From the human T2T-CHM13v2.0 reference genome, Homo sapiens: DNA of 64,000 nt. This document shows positions 45,535 to 64,000 of this stretch, one piece after another (within the stretch, counting starts at the first letter, position 1; each line of letters opens with the position of its first letter). The stretch lies in the NCBI RefSeq assembly GCF_009914755.1, contig NC_060932.1, one strand, 5' to 3'. Both the position numbers and the translations under genes were made by a program. A model generated the notes under the pieces. It saw only the letters and a list, made by a program, of their open reading frames with translations. It searched no databases and was not told the origin of the DNA.

Positions 45535-45963
45535 ATATACTTTTGTCTGATAGAAAGATTATCTTGGAGATCGTCAAGATGTCATATAAATAATTCACTC
45601 AATGACATGTAAGTATTTTTTCCTAGAAGGTTTTAATGCTTTAATTCTACTCTCAAGTATCTTGTAAATCATTTCTTTAGTTTCATTATCCCAACACTGT
45701 TTAAGAGAAAGAGGTTAGACTTTGGAGTCAGGCAAACCTGTTTTCAGATACCTATTTGCTTTAACTTTCTTCATGACTTTGGGAGTTAATTGTCTTCCCA
45801 AGTGTTATTTTTTCATTTGTAAAATTTATTTAAAAAATTGGCCCCCTTACAGGGATTGTTTTTAGGATTAAAGGTAGGGAATATGAAGAGCTAGCACAAG
45901 GCCAAGGAGTGAGTGGCAGGTGCTCAGAAAGCAGCACCTCTGCTTTGCAGGGATGGTTTTTGA

Positions 45964-46362
<399 letters not shown>

Positions 46363-46630
46363 AAGTTATTCCACCGCTTTACGTTTTAATTTCTTCATTA
46401 AAAAGAATCAGCACTTAAGTTTTGTAAGGCTTAAGTTAAATTATGCACATAAAGTATGTAGTGCAGTTTTTTGGCAAATATTTCTTGTGTTACTACTGAT
46501 ATCATTTTTACCAGCAGATTAACTCCACATTTAACATGAATTTATATTTTAGTTTTTTTATTGTTGCACCATGCTAAACTTACAGATTTTTTTTTTTTCC
46601 TGTCCATCCTTACATTTTAAAAGTAAATTT

Positions 46631-46996
<366 letters not shown>

Positions 46997-47942
46997 CTAC
47001 TACCTGATTGTCTAATGGGAACATGTGCCAAAAGTTCTGTTTACAAGATCAAACCAGTGTGTTTCTAAATCTTTGAGTCTGCCTCTCTCTAATCCTTTCC
47101 TTTGATATTCTTGCCCATAGCTGTCTTATTTAGACTTATTTAAGCAAACTTGTGTGTGTGTTTGTGTGTACACCAGGGGTGAGCACAACATTTTGAGGTT
47201 TTCATATGTCCTCATTTGGGAAGCCATCTATTGTCTGCAATCCCCAAATACCACTTGGGTCACTTTATCTCTGCTTTTTGCTATGTTAATAGCATATTTG
47301 GCATTAATGTGCACTTTGATAAACAGCAGGTTACTTATTCTAAATAATTTTATGTTAGCTTTTGAAAGCAAATAGTTAAAAGAATATATATTTCTCAATA
47401 AAGCATTGGTTGTAAATACTGCAACAGTATGCAATTGCAACATGGTAACATTGGTATGTTGGGTGTGTTTTCTTTTTATATAGACTTCTCAACCAGCGAG
47501 TAGTAGCTTAAAGTTGTTGCTGTATTCCAAGTCAGTTTGTAACCAACCCTAATATGTGTTTGGCTAAGAGTACAGGTTTCCACGTCCTTACTTGTTTATC
47601 CCTTTCAGCCTAGGTATCATTTTTGAAGGAGGTTTTCTGGGAGATATGATGAATCATCCTGCATTCTCTTCCCAGTTCCTTTTCTTTAGTTATCCATTCA
47701 AGAGAGATTGTCTGCATTACTCTTACAGAGCTGGGTTTTAGCCTCAGCTATATCATTTATTAGGTGTTTGTCATTAATGTGCTGCTGTGTACCTCAAGTA
47801 TCCCACTGTGAAATAGGAATATTAATAAGTGTTAGCCTACCTCATAGTGTTATTGGGAAAAAATCAGATTATTTAATATAGTTTTTTTTTTTTTTTTTTT
47901 GGTAAACCAAGTTCTGCACACATAATAAAAATATTAACTTTT

Positions 47943-48224
47943 GGCCCGGCATGGTGGCGTGTGCCTGTAATCCCAGCACTTTGGTGGGTGGCTCGCTTGA
48001 GCCCCAGGAATTTGAGACCAGCTTGGGCAACATGGTGAAACCCCATCTCTACAAAAAAATACCAAAATTAGTTGGGTGTGGTGTGCATGCCTGAAGTCCC
48101 AGCTACTTGGAAGGCTGACGTGGAAGGATCACTTGAGCCTGAGAGGTCGAGGCTGCAGTGAGCCATGAGCATGCAATTGCACCCCAGTCTGGATAACAGA
48201 GCAAGACCTTGTTTCAAAAAAAAA
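47943..48224 (+). mobile_element. AluJ-like
   Basis: cgcttgagcccc...ggatcacttgagcctgagaggtcgaggctgcagtgagc. Confidence 0.88.
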
Positions 48225-48291
48225 ATTTTTTTTAACTTTTATTTAGGGCTCGTTAGTATCAGGCACTCTTTTAAGAGTCCCATCTTGTTTT

Positions 48292-48590
<299 letters not shown>

Positions 48591-48789
48591 AAGAGTCCCA
48601 TCTTGTTTTATCTTCGTAGTAACTTAATGGAACGGGAGCTTATTCAGTAAAAAGTTGAAAGCAGAAATTGTAGATGATATATCAAAGGTATTTATGTAAG
48701 ATAAGGCAGAACTTAGAGTCCTTGTTTCCATCTAAATCCAAAGACAAATTAATGGATATACGTTTGTGTTTTATGTTTAAATAAAATGG

Positions 48790-48931
<142 letters not shown>

Positions 48932-49271
48932 TAAAATGTTTAGACTGTAAATGTATTCTTTCTTGTGATTTCTTACTTTAACTAATTTTTTTCACCCTTC
49001 AACTGAAGCAGTACTCATAGTGTCAAATAAGAGAGCTCTGGAGCTCCTTATTTCAATGATCTCTAATGGGACTCAGTCTAAGAAAGGAGGGGCATCAGAT
49101 TTTCTGCTGCACGAGGCTGTTCTGAAGTCATTATTCTAGGGTTTGAAGATACTTACTTTTCTGGCCCTTACTTGACTCCTCCGGCCATAGCTCCAAACTG
49201 TCTAGCCAGATTACCAGGGTTGGCTTCAGATGAACACTTTAGTATTTTGATGCTAAATACCAGTGATAACT

Positions 49272-49949
<678 letters not shown>

Positions 49950-49998
49950 GTAATATGATGAAAATGTCTGTCTTTGTTGTTTAAAACTAGTTTAGAAG

Positions 49999-50438
<440 letters not shown>

Positions 50439-50488
50439 TTAAAGGAATTAAAGTGACATTAAGAATGAAGAATGTTTTAAATCTTTTA

Positions 50489-50893
<405 letters not shown>

Positions 50894-52211
50894 TTATGTT
50901 ACCATCAGTAGTTCTCCATAGCTTCTTTTGTAGTTCTCCATAGCTTAATTTTGACGTTCACATAATCCTGATTTCTTAGAGTAATATCATTTATGACAGA
51001 TTTTATAGTATAGTGGTTAAAAATATGGGCTTTATAAGCAGACTGATTTTTGTCTCCACTGCATGTGATTTTTGTGATCATGGGCTAGTTTGAATCTTTG
51101 GTAACTTTGTTTTCTTATTGGTGAAATGGGTATAATTATAGTATCTGTCTCAGGGTTGTCATGAAGATTAATGAATTCATGTAATTAAAGCATTTAGAAT
51201 AAGATTTGGCACATCAAAATAGTAGTTATTATTATAATGGCTCGAGTTTTTGGTTGGAACTCAAAAAACAAATAAGATAGTCTTTGTTTTCTGTTTTATC
51301 AGAAAGCACTTCCCTATGAGAGGATAATCAGGGATTAGGAAAGAAAATTTTAAAGAAATTCATATTTTCTATTGGCAGATGTGATTGCTTTAAAAGAAAA
51401 TCATGTTTTGTTTTTTTTTTCATGGAATAAGGCATTGAATCCAGTGGCTAAAAGGAATTGATATTGTGTACCCAGTCTTGGATAATGCCAGTCAATTCTG
51501 TAAAGATGAAATATTAAATTTGTGCTATTCTGTAACATTGGTAGTCCCAACATTTTTCCTGGACTGTCAATGAATTTTTGATTATCTGTGAACATTGTCT
51601 CTTGGATAATTCATGAGCACATTAGACCCAGCACTTCCAGGTTAATTTTGCCATTTTACTCCAAGCCTACACCTTGACCTTTATTCTCTGTACAATGAAT
51701 GGTAGTATTATCAGTCAATCCATTCATAATCCTAGGGATCATCCTAAACGTTTCTGTTCTCTCATTTTCCATCTTTTATATCTGGGCAATCAACAAATTC
51801 TGAGACTTTTCTATAAACCTTCTCTGTAAGACAGATGTGATCTTTTTGCTCCCTTTCAAAATATGTTTTACTGCCCCCCTCCCAATGTTTTCTGTATAAA
51901 GTTCAGACTTCTTAGCAGGACAACATGAGCCTCATATTGTGTGGTATTTTCATGTGCATATCATCCTCCCATCATGTGGAACGATTTGCAATTCCATGAA
52001 AATGCCATTCTCTTACCATTTTCATTAGTGTAAACAATTTTTAGTGCATAGAAAGCTCCCTAATTTTCTTCTTCTCTTACTTTATTATCTCCATTTTATT
52101 CAACTCAATCATTACCTCATTGAAAATTTATTTACAAATTCGCTTCCCAAGACAGGTTAGGTGTCCATTGTATTTTGCTTCTCCTTTACATTCTGTAACT
52201 TCATATGAATA

Positions 52212-52536
52212 CAGTTGGCTCTTTGTATCAATGCATTCCACATTTGTGGGTTCAACCAATGGTGGATCAAAAATGTTCAGGAAAAAACAACCAATAAAAA
52301 TAATAACTAGTAAAAATAATACAAATAAAAACCAATACAGTATAATAACTGTTTACATGACATTTACATTGTACTAGGTATTATAAAACCCAGAGATTAT
52401 TTCAAGTATATGGGAGGATGTGTGTAGGTTATATGCAAATGCAACACCATTTTTTATAAGGGATTTGAGTATCAGCAGATTTTGATATCCACTGGGGCTG
52501 CTAGACCCAATCCCCCAGATACTGAGGGATTACTGT
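52212..52536. mobile_element. Tigger3a/MER7A-like MITE
   Basis: cagttggctctttgtatc...ggttcaaccaa ... gggaggatgtgtgtaggttatatgcaaat ... gatactgagggattactg. Confidence 0.8.
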
Positions 52537-54599
52537 GTCTTTATTAAAGCACTTATCAAACAATATGATCATTAGTTTTTTATCAGTGTCTCCCACTAAA
52601 TTATGAACAGTTCAAATACAGGGCCTATTTATCTCTAAGTGCTTAATGTTTACTTTTAGGCATATGGTTGGTGTTGAGTAAAAGTGTTTTGAATTAGTAA
52701 AAGATTTTGAACTAAAAATCTTTGGTAAAAGTTACATGATAAACCTGTCTTTAATGGGAGATGATGGGAATTAATTGCTAATAGCTATTATCAAGAGGCA
52801 AAAATAAAGAAATGGACTGACATCCAGGCTTTTACCCGTTTGACATTAGCCACTCTGCTAGTTTCTTCCTCTTACTGGTTTATCACTTTGGTGTTAACTA
52901 TTTGGTCTTGTCTGCTTTCTTGTTAGTACTAATCAACTCTGTCAAAAATTGCCTGTTTCTCACTTAACCTAGTTATATCACCACTGTATTTTTAATACTT
53001 TTTGTTAATGCTGTTTATTTTTATCAGATGACTATTAAGACAAAAGTTTTCGCTTATGTTTGGCGCATTGGTTGTAATAAATGTGAAGTGGATTCTTTAA
53101 GTCAATTTAAGGGCATCTGGCAACTAGGAAGACTAATCCTTGGAGTGAATTAAGGGCATGAAGACAAGGACCTGTCATTTATAGGATAAGAGGTCAGTGA
53201 ACTATGTGGGCAGGATAAATATATCAATTAGGGAGTTTCCCTGAGAGTGGGCAAGAGGCTAAGAATCTGAGTCAATAGGTCAGGAATATGTAGACAGTAG
53301 GTAAAAGACATATCTAGAGTGCCAGATGGACTAGTGAGGTAGAGGTTATATGTTTTCATTATATTTTAGGGGTATTTGACTATTAAGTGAGAAAATAATG
53401 CTGTTTGGGGGAAGCTGGCCTTGGAAAATAGTGCATTCCCATTAGAAGTTGATAGAATATATACGTAGTGGAACATCTTGGTCCTGGTAGTGGGATACTA
53501 ATTATGTTTATTGTATTAACCCTATTTGATTCAGGATTGTTTTTGCCTACAAATAACTTAGTTCAAACTAGGTCTTAACAAAATGCAAGAGACTAATGTT
53601 CATATTTATTTAGTGAATAAATTGGAGTAGTTTTCTGTGCTATTGGTGGAACAAATTAAACTTTCACTGGTTGAGGGCTTACACCTACACAGTATAGTGT
53701 GGGAGGATCATCAGCCAGTTTGTCTTATTGTTTTATTGGCAGCAGAAAACTCTTAAACTGTGTTTTCCCATGGAAGAGGCATCTCACTTGAAATCTCAGA
53801 ACTTATACTAAAAAATTTATGAAGTGGGATGATAGTGAATTACAGAAGAGTCATCAAAGAAAGTATGTGATTAACTGACAGTTTATTGACTTCATCCTCA
53901 GGGCCAATTTAAAGAAAAGTGAGGCAGAGTTAGATTTCAAGCTATGCTTTGAATGCTGTGTGAGGTCTTTTTGAGCTTTTTGGTTAAGCTGTAATTAATT
54001 AACTCGATTAAACAAGTATTACTACATGAATAAAAGTACACACACGGATTTTTCAAAGAGGTAATAATGGGTTCACTGCTGATAAAACTGTGGATCTGAG
54101 TTTGGTTAACATTAAAGAGCACTCCAAAATTCACCTGTTGTTTTAATCTCTTGATAGAGAATGGTAATAATTAGGGTTCTATATATGTATTCTATATCTT
54201 TTAATATATGTCTATCTCTGTATGTTTGTATATATTTATTTGACTTCAGAGAAAATAGCATTAAGGTTTCCTTTTCCTTTTCAATTATATTTTAAAATGT
54301 TAACTTTTAAGTTAGCTTGACCCTTTGAAAAATTGTTAAAAATTACTGTCCTCAGGCTTTACAACTTGTACAGTTATATAATTTCACTCACAGATATGAA
54401 AGCAAAGAAATATTTTAAAGTCTTCTATTTTCAAATGCTTCCTAAGAAAGATGCTTCCAGTTTATGAACAATAAAATGAAACTTCATAGGTAGAACATTT
54501 TTTTTAATTCCTGAATATTGAGATACTGAGTCCCTTTTGGTTTGTTCCCTAAATATAATTTCATTTAGTTATTTTTGTTAATTCTGAAAGCAGCAACAG

Positions 54600-55155
54600 T
54601 ATATGCTATTTCACTGGTTATTTTCATATCTGATTTTGTTTATTTGGGTCTTATCTCTTTTTTGATTATTACAAGCAACCGACCATCGATTTTGTTTATC
54701 TGTTAAAAACCTTTTCCTTTTGTTGATCCCTTTTTCATTGAAGTTTCTATTTCATTTAGTTCTGCTCTGACTTTTATTATTTCATGTCATCTCCTAATTT
54801 TGGGTTTGGTTTGTTCTTGCTTTTCTAATTCCTTGAGGTACAACATTAGATATTTGAAATCTTTCTACTTTTTTGATGTAGATATTTATTGCTGCAAATT
54901 TCCTAACTAGCACTGCTTTTGCTGTATTCCCTAGGTTTTGGTATGTTGTGTTTTCATTTTCATTTGTTTCAAGAAACTTTCTAATTTCCTCCTTAATTTC
55001 TTCATTGACCCAATGGTCATTCAGGAGCATTTTGTTTAATTTCTGTATACTTGCACAGTTTCCAAAGTTTCTGTTATTGATTTCTAGTTTTATCCCATTG
55101 TGGCCTGAGAAGATACTTGATATAATTTTGATTTTTTAAAATTTCGTTTAGACTT
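54600..55155 (-). mobile_element. Older L1 (L1PB/L1MA) ORF2 fragment; continues at 61319-62110
   Basis: ORF-track 54794..55030 [32 protein letters not shown]; sequence resumes agacttgttttgtgtc after the younger L1. Confidence 0.85.
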
Positions 55156-61318
<6,163 letters not shown>

Positions 61319-61554
61319 AGACTTGTTTTGTGTCATAACATGTGATCTACCTTGGAGAATGTTCCATGTGCTGATGAGAAGAATGTATATTCTGTAGCTA
61401 TTGAATGAAATGTTCTGTAAATGTTTGTAAGGTCCATTTAGTCTAAAGTACAGCTTAAATCTGGTTATTTCATTGTTAATTTTCTGTCTAGATGATTTGT
61501 CTCATGCTGAGAGTAGGGTATTGAAGTCCCCAACTATTATTATATTGGAGTGAT

Positions 61555-61750
61555 TGTCCTCCTACCTCAGCCTCTCAAGTAGCTGGGACTACAGGTGTGC
61601 ATCACTGTGCCTGGCTAATTTTAAAATTTTTTCTAGAGGTGGAGTCTTGCTGTTTTGTCCAGGCTGGTGTGAAACTCCTGGCCTCATGCAATCCTCCTGC
61701 CTTGGCCTCCGTAAGTACTGGGATTATGAGCGAGAACCACTACAGCCAGC
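61555..61750 (-). mobile_element. Partial AluJ-like
   Basis: cctcctacctcagcctctcaagtagctgggactacagg...ccttggcctccgtaagtactgggatta. Confidence 0.8.
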
Positions 61751-62149
61751 TTATCTCCCATTTTAGAGCTAATGATATTTGCTTTATATATCTGGGTGCT
61801 TGGTGTTGGGTGCATATATGTTTAGAATTGTTAAATAATGTATCCTCTTGCTGAACTGATCCCCTTATTATTATATTATGACCTTCTTTGTGTCTTTTTA
61901 CTGGTTTTGACTTGAAGTCTTTTTTATCTAATATAAGTATAGCTGTTCCTGCTCTTTTCTTGTTTCAATTTGCATGGAATATCTTTTTCCATCTTTATGT
62001 GTCTTTACAGGTGAGATGAGTTTCTTGTCGGCAGCATATAGTTAGATCATGTTTTTTTATAATCCATTTAGCCAGTCCATATTTTTTAAGTGACTGTTTA
62101 CATTCAAGGTTTTTAAAAATTTATTTTTTTGTTTTTTGATGGAATCTCT

Positions 62150-63790
<1,641 letters not shown>

Positions 63791-64000
63791 CCAGATGCCT
63801 CTAGTCAGCCATTGTGAAGCCCCTGTCTTGTGGCTTTATTTCTTATTTCCTGTTATACCAGTAGCTTTGATGTGCCATCTTTATGCAACAATTTTCTAAT
63901 GCACACAATTTTTGGAATCTTTTTTTCTGTTTTAGTGATATATGAAATAATGTCGAATCTTGATATTATGAAATACAGAAACAAATGTTCTTACTAAAAG

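Overview
Primate (most likely human) genomic DNA: an AT-rich, repeat-dense stretch inside VPS13B/COH1 (Cohen syndrome gene), transcribed on the + strand. Only two coding exons are supported (21211-21345 and 22094-22267; 135+174 nt, both phase 1; exons 18/19 by my recall of the standard numbering). Everything else is intronic: about 20 Alus, old L1M/L2/MIR relics, MER/Tigger DNA transposons, MaLR LTRs, a complete THE1 provirus (13516-16197), a full-length dead antisense L1PA4/5-like element (55156-61318) and a young U3 snoRNA-L1PA2 chimeric retrocopy with a 19-bp TSD (39972-41574). The strongest leads are: the U3/L1 chimera; a THE1 5' LTR whose internal duplication doubled a DUX4-type motif upstream of exon 18; the possibility that exons 18-19 circularise into a stop-free 309-nt ORF; a perfect 31-bp inverted repeat with a template-switch signature; and an in-frame 78-nt candidate cassette exon. 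Repeat subfamily names come from recalled diagnostics, not database searches. No prokaryotic features or CRISPR arrays were seen.
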